From contig OZ024746.1 of the NCBI GenBank assembly GCA_964016885.1, positions 2,976,001 to 3,040,000 on the forward strand: a stretch of 64,000 nucleotides of DNA, given 5' to 3'. Below are positions 11,212-25,000 of this stretch, piece after piece; within the stretch, counting starts at the first letter, position 1, and each line of letters opens with the position of its first letter. Made by a program: the position numbers and the translations under genes. The notes beneath the pieces were generated by a model. The model saw only the letters and a list, made by a program, of their open reading frames with translations. It was not told the origin of the DNA and made no database searches. Source of the stretch: Eledone cirrhosa. Its lineage: Eukaryota.

Positions 11212-13475
11212 GTTGATCACTGATCACATCTCTAGTTCTACCAGACAAACTAAGACAAGCTATTGTTGATCACTGATCACATCTCTAGTTCTACCAGACA
11301 AACTAAGACAAGCTATTGTTGATCACTGATCACATCTCTAGTTCTACCAGACAGACTAAGACAAGCTATTGTTGGTCACTGATCACATCTCTAGTTCTAC
11401 CAGACAGACTAAGACAAGCTATTGTTGATCACTGATCACATCTCTAGTTCTACCAGACAAACTAAGACAAGCTATTGTTGGTCACTGATCACATCTCTAG
11501 TTCTACCAGACAAACTAAGACAAGCTATTGTTGGTCACTGATCACATCTCTAGTTCTACCAGACAAACTAAGACAAGCTATTGTTGATCACTGATCACAT
11601 CTCTAGTTCTACCAGACAAACTAAGACAAGCTATTGTTGATCACTGATCACATCTCTAGTTCTACCAGACAAACTAAGACAAGCTATTGTTGATCACTGA
11701 TCACATCTCTAGTTCTACCAGACAAACTAAGACAAGCTATTGTTGATCACTGATCACATCTCTAGTTCTACCAGACAGACTAAGACAAGCTATTGTTGGT
11801 CACTGATCACATCTCTAGTTCTACCAGACAGACTAAGACAAGCTATTGTTGATCACTGATCACATCTCTAGTTCTACCAGACAAACTAAGACAAGCTATT
11901 GTTGGTCACTGATCACATCTCTAGTTCTACCAGACAAACTAAGACAAGCTATTGTTGGTCACTGATCACATCTCTAGTTCTACCAGACAAACTAAGACAA
12001 GCTATTGTTGATCACTGATCACATCTCTAGTTCTACCAGACAAACTAAGACAAGCTATTGTTGATCACTGATCACATCTCTAGTTCTACCAGACAAACTA
12101 AGACAAGCTATTGTTGATCACTGATCACATCTCTAGTTCTACCAGACAGACTAAGACAAGCTATTGTTGGTCACTGATCACATCTCTAGTTCTACCAGAC
12201 AGACTAAGACAAGCTATTGTTGATCACTGATCACATCTCTAGTTCTACCAGACAAACTAAGACAAGCTATTGTTGGTCACTGATCACATCTCTAGTTCTA
12301 CCAGACAAACTAAGACAAGCTATTGTTGGTCACTGATCACATCTCTAGTTCTACCAGACAAACTAAGACAAGCTATTGTTGATCACTGATCACATCTCTA
12401 GTTCTACCAGACAAACTAAGACAAGCTATTGTTGATCACTGATCACATCTCTAGTTCTACCAGACAAACTAAGACAAGCTATTGTTGATCACTGATCACA
12501 TCTCTAGTTCTACCAGACAAACTAAGACAAGCTATTGTTGATCACTGATCACATCTCTAGTTCTACCAGACAAACTAAGACAAGCTATTGTTGATCACTG
12601 ATCACATCTCTAGTTCTACCAGACAAACTAAGACAAGCTATTGTTGATCACTGATCACATCTCTAGTTCTACCAGACAGACTAAGACAAGCTATTGTTGG
12701 TCACTGATCACATCTCTAGTTCTACCAGACAGACTAAGACAAGCTATTGTTGATCACTGATCACATCTCTAGTTCTACCAGACAAACTAAGACAAGCTAT
12801 TGTTGGTCACTGATCACATCTCTAGTTCTACCAGACAAACTAAGACAAGCTATTGTTGGTCACTGATCACATCTCTAGTTCTACCAGACAAACTAAGACA
12901 AGCTATTGTTGATCACTGATCACATCTCTAGTTCTACCAGACAAACTAAGACAAGCTATTGTTGATCACTGATCACATCTCTAGTTCTACCAGACAAACT
13001 AAGACAAGCTATTGTTGATCACTGATCACATCTCTAGTTCTACCAGACAAACTAAGACAAGCTATTGTTGATCACTGATCACATCTCTAGTTCTACCAGA
13101 CAAACTAAGACAAGCTATTGTTGATCACTGATCACATCTCTAGTTCTACCAGACAAACTAAGACAAGCTATTGTTGATCACTGATCACATCTCTAGTTCT
13201 ACCAGACAAACTAAGACAAGCTATTGTTGATCACTGATCACATCTCTAGTTCTACCAGACAAACTAAGACAAGCTATTGTTGGTCACTGATCACATCTCT
13301 AGTTCTACCAGACAAACTAAGACAAGCTATTGTTGGTCACTGATCACATCTCTAGTTCTACCAGACAAACTAAGACAAGCTATTGTTGGTCACTGATCAC
13401 ATCTCTAGTTCTACCAGACAGACTAAGACAAGCTATTGTTGGTCACTGATCACATCTCTAGTTCTACCAGACAAA
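11212..13475. repeat. 53-bp tandem minisatellite, about 43 copies
   Basis: Unit GTTGATCACTGATCACATCTCTAGTTCTACCAGACAAACTAAGACAAGCTATT; only two positions vary (A/G). Confidence 0.95.
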
Positions 13476-13689
13476 CAAACAAAATTTGACTTAGTGGTGG
13501 AATAGTTTTTGTAGTTGCCATAAAAGTTACAGGATAGGCCTGAAAATACTGGAAGAAAAGAGGCAGAAATCACAACACCAACACCAAGTAGCAGGGAAGA
13601 TGTCAGGTTCACATAGCTGGAAGCTAAGAGCAGGAGGTTTGCCAATGTTCATTAATGAAAGGATCATGATGTGTTCTGGATTGCAAAGC

Positions 13690-14146
13690 AGAAAGGGTGG
13701 TGTTGGTGGGATTGGGAGGATGGAGTAGGGGTAGTGGGTTGGGGTGTATATTTGTCATCTCTTAACCAAATATACACACTCAACCCACTACCCCTACTCC
13801 ATCCTCCCAATCCCACCAACAACACCCTTTCTCTATAAAGTTATGTTGGTACCAAAACATCCAGTCCAAACTAATGAAGTCGTGTAGATGTCACGACAAA
13901 AAAAACACGCAGTCCCCGTTGTAATGTGGTCATGTAGGTAACACGGTAAAAAGCTCCCTGTCCACACTGTAAATGTTAAATGTGGTTGGTGTTAGGAAGG
14001 GCATCCAGCCGTAGAAAACCTGCCAGATAGTCCTATATGAGCGAGACAAGGTCACCCACCCAATCTTGCCTCAAGTGGGACAATTCCCGTAAAACCCATG
14101 CTAGCGTGGAAGATAGACGTTAAACGATGATGATGATGATGATGAT
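13690..14146 (+). mobile_element. RTE 3' UTR insertion with inverted 5' duplication and (GAT)n tail
   Basis: 13767-14146 matches the 3' UTR at 34420-34768; 13690-13754 is an inverted copy of 13767-13832. Confidence 0.75.
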
Positions 14147-14229
14147 GTCTCAGTAAGAATCAAAAGTGTTTCCAGCATGATTTTGGTGCACTTAGTCTCC
14201 CTGATGTTCAGAAGAAAGAGACTGTTGAA

Positions 14230-14400
14230 TGTGGAGAATGTGTGGGAGCAAGATGGACTACCCTCAATAGACTCAACACAAGGACCAGTTATTGAGGTCA
14301 ATATATACTACCTTCAGCAAACTACTGACGTGACTTGTGGCTGGAGCAGACCACCATTCAGACTGTGACTGACCTTGTGATGAAACCACTCAGTGGATAG
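14230..14400 (+). mobile_element. Possible 3' end of an Ingi/I-group LINE (decayed)
   Basis: RWTTLNRL...CG..QT pattern resembling the terminal Cys/His region of such ORFs, across frameshifts. Confidence 0.35.
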
Positions 14401-14779
14401 AGCCAAGAGACATGCTTGGAAAGACTAGTAAAATAGGGGTAGTAGAAACTGGTACCAGGTAGCTAAGAGAGAAGCTAGAAAACAGGTTTACACAGCTCAG
14501 AGAGAGGCTGAAAAAAGAAAATTTGCCAACATCCTGAGATGTGAGGAAGAGAGATGCCATCCAAGGCAGTGTGAATCATGTTGTTGTTGGGTAAAAAGTG
14601 GGTTAAAATTGACACTGGTGCATTTAGCCCAAAATAAAGAGGCCTCGAAATGTTACTGTGAGAGATTGATGAATGTAGAGAATAAATGGGAGGAAGAGAA
14701 ACTACCCCCAACCTACCCAGCAGAAGGATCAGTCATTTGAGTTGACAGTTTTAAGGTTAAAGAAGAGATAAAAAAATGA

Positions 14780-15200
14780 TAACGCTGCAGGACCATCGGA
14801 AATGGAGTGAAGAGATGCTGTGCTAAGAAGGACCCTTCTAACCCATGCTAGTGGGGAAAAACAGATGTCATCATCATCATCATCATCATCACCGTTATAC
14901 GTCCGTTCTTCCATGCTAGCATGGGTTAGACGGGTTGTCCTGTTGTGGGAAGTGTCTGGTCGGCTGACCTTGTCTTGCTCATACAGCAACTGATTCTGGC
15001 TTGATTTCTACAGCTGGATGCCCTTCCTAACACCAACCTCATTTACAGTGAGTGCTGGGGGCTTTTTTGCCATGGCACCTACACGTCCACTCTGCAGTGG
15101 GAGGGGGTGGGGGCATATTGTCTATATGCTTCAGCTTGTTCCCATAGGAGGTCGGGTACTCTGTATTACTGCGTGACGCCAGAGGTCACGGTCATGTGTA
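14780..15200. mobile_element. Tail-to-tail RTE 3'-end fragments sharing a (CAT)n tract
   Basis: ACCCATGCTAG motif on + at about 14840 and on - at about 14912-14930; minus part matches RTE 3' UTR and DRDLWR..V terminus. Confidence 0.65.
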
Positions 15201-15459
15201 TAATCGATAATGATGATGACAGGCATATATGCATCGAATAGACAGTTTAAAGTGGTAGGGGCAAGGAAAGCATGAAGCCTTAAAATCATGTAAAAAGAAG
15301 GAGTAGAGGGGAAGGGGGGAGAGACTGCTGTAGCTGTAATAACATCAACAACTACAAAGGCAAAGGAGATGCTTGAGAAAAAAAAATCAACTGCAGCTGT
15401 CAAATTCAATAACTGGTCCCTCTGTTGGGTTTACTTTCTCTCTCTACATATATATATAT

Positions 15460-15567
15460 ATAGGAAAAGGTTCAGGACCCCAACAGCAGAGCTCAAGCCG
15501 TTTCGATGGCTATTTCAGTCCAGAAACGGCTTGAACTCTGCCGTCGGGGTCCTGAAGCTTTTCCTAT
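15460..15567. repeat. Fold-back with about 45-bp arms beside (TA)n
   Basis: TAGGAAAAGGTTCAGGACCCC...CAAGCCGTTTC versus GAAACGGCTTGA...GGGGTCCTGAAGCTTTTCCTA. Confidence 0.8.
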
Positions 15568-15682
15568 TACCCACTCTATGACCCAAAGTATTGAGTACTC
15601 TGGTGCATTATGGTCCATCTGGTTCCTTACCACACTTCCTTCGTTATATATATGTATTATATATCTTTCTCTCCCCCTCCCG

Positions 15683-15729
<47 letters not shown>

Positions 15730-16159
15730 TATAAATGAAAATATAGAAATTATTGTAAGCAAGAAGCCAACAGTATTTCATAATATATATATATATATGT
15801 ATATATATATCTCACCTATCTATTTATCTATCTCTCTCTTGCTCCTATACATTCTCCTAATTCTCCTCATTCACCAACTTCTCATAGTAACATTTCCAAA
15901 TACAATAATATCATTTCTAGAGGCGGGAAGTAAAACAAAATGGCATAATATAGCTTGTCTTCAATCTATTCATTTCCTACATCTAGAAATTATATTATTG
16001 TATTTATATAAATAGTTAAACTGAAGACAAAGTAACATATGCTGTTCCAGTCACTTTCCATCTCCAGAAACTATATTATTGTATTAATATAAATAGTAGA
16101 TACGCCATTCCATTCATTGGTCACCTCTTTCAAAATAATTCTATTATTGTATTTATATA

Positions 16160-16356
<197 letters not shown>

Positions 16357-16361
16357 AGAGA

Positions 16362-16492
16362 GAGGCACATGGCTTAGTGTTAGAGCAATCGAAAGGTTAT
16401 GAGTTCAATTCTCAGACCGGGTGATGTGTTGTTTCCTTGAGCAAGACACTTTATTTCACATTGCTCCAGTTTACTCAGCTGTAGAAATGAGA
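16362..16492 (+). mobile_element. Family B SINE (partial)
   Basis: GGCACATGGCTTAGTG...GAGTTCAATT...CTTGAGCAAGACACT. Confidence 0.8.
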
Positions 16493-16516
16493 TTTGGATC
16501 TCTCTCTCTCTATATA

Positions 16517-16571
<55 letters not shown>

Positions 16572-16691
16572 GTGTTGGATGCTTAAAGCGTCCGTATGCG
16601 GTAGGCCGTTTGAGCACTCGATGCTCTCATAGAGCAGAGTATGATATCACAAAGAAAGGAGAATCAGTGTTGCGACGAATGGAATTTATTG

Positions 16692-16787
16692 GACATATTA
16701 CAATCGTTTCTCTGGCGACCAGCTCGAGGCACAATCGATGTGCTGATCGAACCTGACTCTGAAAATTGCAAGGTCCTCAGATACGTC
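16692..16787 (-). ncRNA. Type I hammerhead ribozyme with extended stem II
   Basis: Minus strand: GACGTAT-CTGAGGA-[63-nt stem II incl. CAGGTTCGA/TCGAGCTG and GCACA/TGTGC]-GAA-ACGATTGT (near-palindrome)-A|ATATGTC; 7-bp stem I, GUA triplet; cassette flanked by (TA)n on both sides. Confidence 0.75.
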
Positions 16788-16815
16788 TTGATTCTACAAA
16801 GCAGATTTTCCTAAT

Positions 16816-16893
<78 letters not shown>

Positions 16894-17644
16894 ATATATA
16901 TATATATAGATATAGATATAGATAGATAGATATAGATAAATATATACACTCATACACAACATACACTCACAAATTTCATTCTACTTTGAAAATTTCTAAT
17001 GTTTTAAACATGACAGCTATATGCAGTTTTATGGTTGTTTTTACTCAAAACGTTCAAGGTAACATAGTATTTTTGATTTATGGCAACATATTTGTATTTA
17101 TGGGAAAATCAGAGACAAGCAAAAATAGATAAATAGAGAGACAATTCAATTTAATAAAGATAAACTCTTCTATAATGCCATTCATGATTTACAATGTTAT
17201 ATAGAATTCATAACAGTACAATAAAGAAGTTTCATTGAAACATCCCTGTTATGTGATAATAAACCTAGTTTTATAGCTTTAGTTTCATTCAGTTAAATGT
17301 TTACTTTTCTCTGCTCTTATGAATGATGTTTTTTTTAATTGTATTAATTTTTGCTAACTTCTTTTAAAATACACATCATGAGGTATTTTTGGTGCAATAT
17401 TTTATGGCTGGATGCCCTACATGACACCAACACTTTAAGTTATTTCCTATGACATGCAGAGATATTGATGAAAATCAATCTAAAAGGAAGAAGAAAGAAA
17501 CAAATAGCATGAAAGACATGGCTAAAAATGATGGAGGAAGAAATAAAAGAGAGATGCAAATGATAGACCAAAATAGAGAAGCTTGTCATGAAGGCTGCAA
17601 AGGAAAATAGAATATTGATTGTTCCAATGATTTAAAATAACAAA

Positions 17645-18060
17645 TATTGTTTGGGAGCTACACGAAAATGCTGAGGATGGCTCTGAACATTAATCAGTAT
17701 ACACTGAGGATGGCTCTGAACATTAATCAGTATACACTGAGGATGAAGAACTCCGAGCTGTACGGGAGCCTCACAAAAGTCTGCTCGAGAGTAGCCCAGA
17801 GGAGACTGAAGTTAGCTGGACATGCTCACCGACATCCAGAGATGACACTGCACTCAGTGCTCCTGTGGGAGCCCCTACATGGACACACTGGAAGAGGAAG
17901 ACCGAGGTTAACATAAGTTGATGCTCTAAGGACAGACACTGGTCTCTGGGAGACGCAGGACATGGCAGCAATAATGAGGGACAGAGACCACTGGAGGGAA
18001 CTCGTCCATGGATCTCAGGAATGTTACCCGCCCTAGAGATTGTTTGTTTTATTGTTGAAA
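17645..18060 (+). mobile_element. RTE-X-like LINE 3' fragment
   Basis: YTKMLRMALN...ELYGSL..V...RRLKLAGHAHRHPE...LLWEP.HG...RGRP; internal 33-bp tandem duplication. Confidence 0.75.
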
Positions 18061-18725
18061 CCATGGTAGGGAGACGATTATATGAGTTAAACTAAGTTAT
18101 TTTTGTTGGTCTGACTTATACCCCCCTAAATTATAATATCTGTATTCCCGGTCAGGCCAGCGTTATTTTTTCTTTGATGTGATGTCACACATCACTAAAT
18201 GTTGAGGACTACTATTACTACATTCACTTGTGTCCAGTAATGTGATGTACTAGCATGCCATACAGAACTTTCCATTACAGGGAGGCAAACTCCTGCTGAT
18301 GATGTGGTTCCCTGCCAAATTACATAATGAATAATAACATTTACCTAATTTCTGCATAAAGAATGGAATCATAGAAACTGGTGCATCGGTCCAGGAATCT
18401 CAATTTTCCTACCCAAACGAAGTCGCCTTTCATGATCGAATCAAATGTTTGAAAGTGTTGCTCCAGCATGGCCTCAATCCAATGTTTCAAACAATAATAC
18501 GCATGCATTCTTTTTTTATAGTTGTCTTCCATGTTGTAAAACTTTTCAGTATTTCTATGTTATTTGAATCAAACATTTGAAGGTTATATAAAGAAATACT
18601 CTTGCTTTGCTTCTCAAGTTATATTTTCTTCCCATATCATATTTATGCCGTAAGGTTCCTGAAATAGGTGTCTGTGATACTTTAGTAATTCTATATTTGA
18701 ATTAAGAATTTCAAGGTCATATTAA

Positions 18726-19161
18726 CCCTTTAGCATTCACATTACTCTACATATACTATTATATTTTCATGGTAAAGGCTTTACCTCACATAATATCTCA
18801 CATAACATTCACATTACTCTATATATACTATCATCTTTTCATGGTAAAGGCTTTACCTCACATAATATCTCACATAACATTCACATTACTCTATATATAC
18901 TATTATATTTTCATGGTAAAGGCTTTACCTCACATAATATCTCACATAACATTCACATTACTCTATATATACTATTATATTTTCATGGTAAAGGCTTTAC
19001 CTCACATAATATCTCACATAATATCGAATCTATGAGATTTTGAAAGTATTTATTTTGAGAACAATACCTTAACATCAGTTTGAGTGGCCAGTTACAGCCA
19101 GTTTCAACAGAAAGAGGTGAGAGAATTCTGGACGGTTTTGGCCGGTTTGAACATTAAAGGG
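18726..19161 (+). mobile_element. TTAA MITE with internal 4 x 72-bp tandem expansion
   Basis: TTAA|CCCTTTAGCATT...ATTAAAGGG|TTAA; ATGGTAAAGG recurs at 18769, 18841, 18913, 18985. Confidence 0.85.
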
Positions 19162-19204
19162 TTAAGAAAACATATTCTTGATTTGTTTCTAAAGTTATAT
19201 CTTC

Positions 19205-19380
19205 TTATTGTTTCTACTTTTGGCACAAGGCCAGCAATTTGAAGGGACGGGGTGGGGGTGTCAATTAAATCAACCCAAGGTACTTTATTTTAATGACCCT
19301 GTATGGATGAAAGGCAAAGTTAACTTCTGTGGGATTTGAACTCAGAATGTAAAGGGCTATAACTACATGCCACAAAGCAT
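19205..19380 (-). mobile_element. Family A SINE (diverged)
   Basis: GTTTCTACTTTTGGCACAAGGCC...GGATTTGAACTCAG. Confidence 0.75.
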
Positions 19381-19955
19381 GTATAAACTTCTTATGTTAC
19401 ATTTATACCACATATTTACCAAAAGTGTGGTGAGGAATTTCAAGGTTACTGAAATATGCTAGGTGCCTCTAATTCTTTTCAATTATTTTACTTTTATTTA
19501 TTTTTATTATATTTTATTTTATTTAAATTCACAATTTGTATTTTCTTAGATTCCACTTATGTCATATTGACCCAAAGAATGATTAGGAATTCCAAGGTCA
19601 TTGAATTGTATTTCTGCAAAGTTTAGTTGGAAATCTATCAACAATGGTCTCATCCTGCATCTTTTTACGAAGCAGAAGTTTCAAGAATATCAACAAAGTG
19701 TAAAGAATATTTTTTTCTGAACTTGTTTCTTTTATTGTCTTTTTTGTTTTCGTTCTTTGATTGTTCATTTTCCCCCTTTATTTATTTTATTTTTATGTGT
19801 TGTGTTTTATTTTAAACACACTTATTGCAAAACAAATAGTAGTAAACCATCAATGGTAGCTACAGATACAGTTGGGGTAACAGATAGGTACTGTAATATT
19901 AGCTACAGTTAGGGTAACACACAGTGAGTGTAATGTTTTAGTGGTTGTTTTAGAC

Positions 19956-20110
19956 CAGTCATGGGCAAACTGCGGCCCGCAAGCCACATGTAGCCATTTG
20001 GCTTTTTGAATAGCACGCCTAATTTCAAAATTGCCTTGAATTTTTTAATATTTCAGCCTGCCCTATGAAGAGTCACACCCTATGCGGCCTACTGCTCAAA
20101 AAAGGTTGTT
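19956..20110 (+). mobile_element. hAT/Charlie-like MITE remnant
   Basis: CAGTCATGGGCAAACTGCGGCCCGC terminus and GCGGCC...AAAAAGGTTG distal end typical of Charlie-type non-autonomous elements. Confidence 0.55.
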
Positions 20111-20747
20111 TTAGAGAGTGTGAAGTCGAAGATAGTTTCCTTCATATGAGTAGAAATTAGGTCTTCTGTGTTATTCAAAGGGGCAACATTGACATGTACC
20201 TATTGAAGGATATGAGTAGTTATGGCATCTCTGTGTTATTCAAGTATGTTGTTAAGGTTTCTGTTCAAAAAGACAGTGGCGGTTTGGTGTGAGGTGTCTA
20301 TGTTGTATGTGGATAACATTAGCACTTGTATGCAGTAGATGTGACTTCAAGACAGTGGTGGCAAATCTGGAGTTTTAAGAGAGTCAAACAAAATACCTTG
20401 TATTTGTTCTGACTTTCTGCACTCCGATTTCAAATTCTATTGAGCTCAAGTTTGCTTTTCATCCTTTCAGGGTCGATAAAATAAAGTACTACTCCAGATC
20501 AGTGGATGAGCAGAATTGTTAAAGATTTGGATAAATGTCTTGCAGGATTCATTCTGGCTCTTTCAGGTAAAATCCCAGTGTAGCCTAATAGGGTGGTAGA
20601 CTGAAACTGTCACCTGATTTAACACCTTCACCTAGCCCTTGAGTACCTTTAGCAGAGTCCACTCTAAATATGGTAAGTAACCTGGCCCTTCCCTCTCTGA
20701 TTAAACAGTCTTGTTTCTGTGTTAGAAACTGACTCTCTATTGGTGAA

Positions 20748-20918
20748 CAAGGCCAGCAATTATCCCAGTGTATTACTGGTACTTTATTTTATCGACCCCG
20801 TAAGGATGAAAGGCAAAGTTAACCTCGGTGGGATTTGAACTCAGATCATAAAGGGGCGTAACTCTATGCTGCAAAGCACGGCGTCAGACCCCCTACCGAT
20901 ACTGCCAATCCACCGCCA
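20748..20918 (-). mobile_element. Family A SINE
   Basis: Match to 2360-2550 in reverse. Confidence 0.85.
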
Positions 20919-21182
20919 TTTATGAAATAATAAAACCAGAACATACATAAATACATACAAACACATGCACATACATACATACATACATACACATACACAC
21001 ATATACATGTATATATGTACATATATACATATACATACACACACAAAGATGACAGCAGCCATTGCAATATTTAGTAATAGTGACTGATTGGCTGAAAGTG
21101 GCAATGTTAACAAGCACATATAAGATTTAGTGGGAGGTGGAATATAACTTCTCTTGGTGTCAATTCAAGTTGGATGACATAC

Positions 21183-21247
21183 ATCTGGCTCCTAAAATGT
21201 TGCCAATGTTTTGTTGGTGTTCTTCCGTGAAGATCTGCTTTATATAT
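21183..21247 (-). other. Candidate 65-nt internal exon (unknown gene or lncRNA)
   Basis: Minus strand: CTTCTTTTAATCCTAG acceptor and GTATGT donor; two open frames; no recognisable homology. Confidence 0.25.
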
Positions 21248-21552
21248 CTAGGATTAAAAGAAGTGTGACTTAGGGGCTGCCTATTAGTATCTATAGTGTT
21301 ATACCAGGGAGAGATATTTACTGGTCTGGCTACAATTTGTCTGTGATGTTCACACATTAAAAGTACGAAAGAATTAGCAAGAAGGGATTCCCATTCCTTC
21401 TTTCAGTGTAATCTAACAAATGCTGTCTTGCATATAAATATTAATACAGATATATATATACACACACACCACCCATATGCAAATATATAAATGCTTACAT
21501 ACATAAACAATCACAAATACTTGCTCTTTCTCGCTTTTTGCCACACATGTAA

Positions 21553-21585
<33 letters not shown>

Positions 21586-22023
21586 CACACATATATCCCA
21601 TATGTGCATGCAAATATAAAATATACACAGATTTTTAATAGTATATAATTATATACTTATTCTCAGGATCATATTTACACACACATATATAATACATACA
21701 TATATAAATACATACATACATGCACACACACACACCTACATACATACACACATACATACATACACACATACACACACATACATGCACAAACACATACATA
21801 CATACACATACATACATGCACACACACACATACATACATACATACATATTGGCATACCCTCTTATCCCCTCCCTTTACACTCATTTACCTGTAGCTCCAT
21901 AGGTATCTAGTAGACATGTTACCTATTTTAGGTTTGTAAGAAAATGTAAATACAATCTCTTTGTGTTGAAATGAAATGTTAAATAACAACAAGAGACACA
22001 GTAAATTGACTACAGGTGAAGAA

Positions 22024-25000
22024 CCTCTTACCAGAGGCTAACAACTGTCACAGGTACAGAGGAAGATATAAGACTTGGCTAAGATAAGACACCTCTTACC
22101 AGAGGCTAACAATTGTCACCAGTATAGAGGGAGATATAAGACTTGGCTAAGATAAGACACCTCTTACCAGAGGCTAACAATTGTCACCAGTATAGAGGGA
22201 GATATAAGACTTGGCTAAGATAAGACACCTCTTACCAGAGGCTAACAATTGTCACCAGTATAGAGGGAGATATAAGACTTGGCTAAGATAAGACACCTCT
22301 TACCAGAGGCTAACAATTGTCACCAGTATAGAGGGAGATATAAGACTTGGCTAAGATAAGACACCTCTTACCAGAGGCTAACAACTGTCACACGTACAGA
22401 GGAAGATATAAGACTTGGCTAAGATAAGACACCTCTTACCAGAGGCTAACAATTGTCACAGGTATAGAGGGAGATATAAGACTTGGCTAAGATAAGACAC
22501 CTCTTACCAGAGGCTAACAATTGTCACCAGTATAGAGGGAGATATAAGACTTGGCTAAGATAAGACACCTCTTACCAGAGGCTAACAACTGTCACACGTA
22601 CAGAGGAAGATATAAGACTTGGCTAAGATAAGACACCTCTTACCAGAGGCTAACAATTGTCACAGGTATAGAGGGAGATATAAGACTTGGCTAAGATAAG
22701 ACACCTCTTACCAGAGGCTAACAATTGTCACCAGTATAGAGGGAGATATAAGACTTGGCTAAGATAAGACACCTCTTACCAGAGGCTAACAATTGTCACA
22801 GATGTAGAGGGAGATATAAGACTTGGCTAAGATAAGACACCTCTTACCAGAGGCTAACAATTGTCACAGGTGTAGAGGAAGATATAAGACTTGGCTAAGA
22901 TAAGACACCTCTTACCAGAGGCTAACAATTGTCACAGATGTAGAGGGAGATATAAGACTTGGCTAAGATAAGACACCTCTTACAAGAGGCTAACAATTGT
23001 CACCAGTATAGAGGGAGATATAACACTTGGCTAAGATAAGACACCTCTTACGAGAGGCTAACAATTGTCACAGGTGTAGAGGAAGATATAAGACTTGGCT
23101 AAGATAAGACACCTCTTACTAGAGGCTAACAATTGTCACAGGTGTAGAGGGAGATATAAGACTTGGCTAAGATAAGACACCTCTTACCAGAAGCTAACAA
23201 TTGTCACAGGTACAGAGGAAGATATAAGACTTGGTTAAGATAAGACACCTCTTACCAGAGGCTAACAACTGTCACAAGTGTAGAGGAAGATATAAGACTT
23301 GGCTAAGATAAGACACCTTTTACCAGAAGCTAACAATTGTCACAGGTACAGAGGAAGATATAAGACTTGGCTAAGATAAGACACCTCTTACCAGAGGCTA
23401 ACAACTGTCACAGGTGTAGAGGGAGATATAAGACTTGGCTAAGATAAGACACCTCTTACCAGAGGCTAACAATTGTCACGGGTCTAGAGGAAGATATAAG
23501 ACTTGGCTAAATAAGACACCTCTTACCAGAGGCTAACAACTGTCACAGGTGTAGAGGAAGATATAAGACTTGGCTAAATAAGACACCTTTTACCAGAGGC
23601 TAACAACTGTCACACGTACAGAGGAAGATATAAGACTTGGCTAAGATAAGACACCTCTTACCAGAGGCTAACAACTGTCACAGGTGTAGAGGAAGATATA
23701 AGACTTGGCTAAGATAAGACACCTCTTACCAGAGGCTAACAACTGTCACAAGTGTAGAGGAAGATATAAGACTTGGCTAAGATAAGACACCTTTTACCAG
23801 AAGCTAACAATTGTCACAGGTACAGAGGAAGATATAAGACTTGGCTAAGATAAGACACCTCTTACCAGAGGCTAACAACTGTCACAGGTGTAGAGGAAGA
23901 TATAAGACTTGGCTAAGATAAGACACCTCTTACCAGAGGCTAACAACTGTCACAAGTGTAGAGGAAGATATAAGACTTGGCTAAGATAAGACACCTCTTA
24001 CCAGAGGCTAACAATTGTCACGGGTCTAGAGGAAGATATAAGACTTGGCTAAATAAGACACCTCTTACCAGAGGCTAACAACTGTCACAGGTGTAGAGGA
24101 AGATATAAGACTTGGCTAAATAAGACACCTCTTACCAGAGGCTAACAACTGTCACACGTACAGAGGAAGATATAAGACTTGGCTAAGATAAGACACCTCT
24201 TACCAGAGGCTAACAACTGTCACAGGTGTAGAGGAAGATATAAGACTTGGCTAAGATAAGACACCTCTTACCAGAGGCTAACAACTGTCACAGGTGTAGA
24301 GGAAGATATAAGACTTGGCTAAATAAGACACCTCTTACCAGAGGCTAACAACTGTCACAGGTACAGAGGAAGATATAAGACTTGGCTAAGATAAGACACC
24401 TCTTACCAGAGGCTAACAACTGTCACACGTACAGAGGAAGATATAAGACTTGGCTAAGATAAGACACCTCTTACCAGAGGCTAACAACTGTCACAGGTGT
24501 AGAGGAAGATATAAGACTTGGCTAAGATAAGACACCTCTTACCAGAGGCTAACAATTGTCACAGGTATAGAGGAAGATATAAGACTTGGCTAAGATAAGA
24601 CACCTCTTACCAGAGGCTAACAACTGTCACAGGTGTAGAGGAAGATATAAGACTTGGCTAAGATAAGACACCTCTTACCAGAGGCTAACAACTGTCACAA
24701 GTGTAGAGGAAGATATAAGACTTGGCTAAGATAAGACACCTCTTACCAGAGGCTAACAATTGTCACGGGTCTAGAGGAAGATATAAGACTTGGCTAAATA
24801 AGACACCTCTTACCAGAGGCTAACAACTGTCACAGGTGTAGAGGAAGATATAAGACTTGGCTAAATAAGACACCTTTTACCAGAGGCTAACAACTGTCAC
24901 AGGTGTAGAGGAAGATATAAGACTTGGCTAAGATAAGACACCTCTTACCAGAGGCTAACAACTGTCACAAGTGTAGAGGAAGATATAAGACTTGGCTAAG

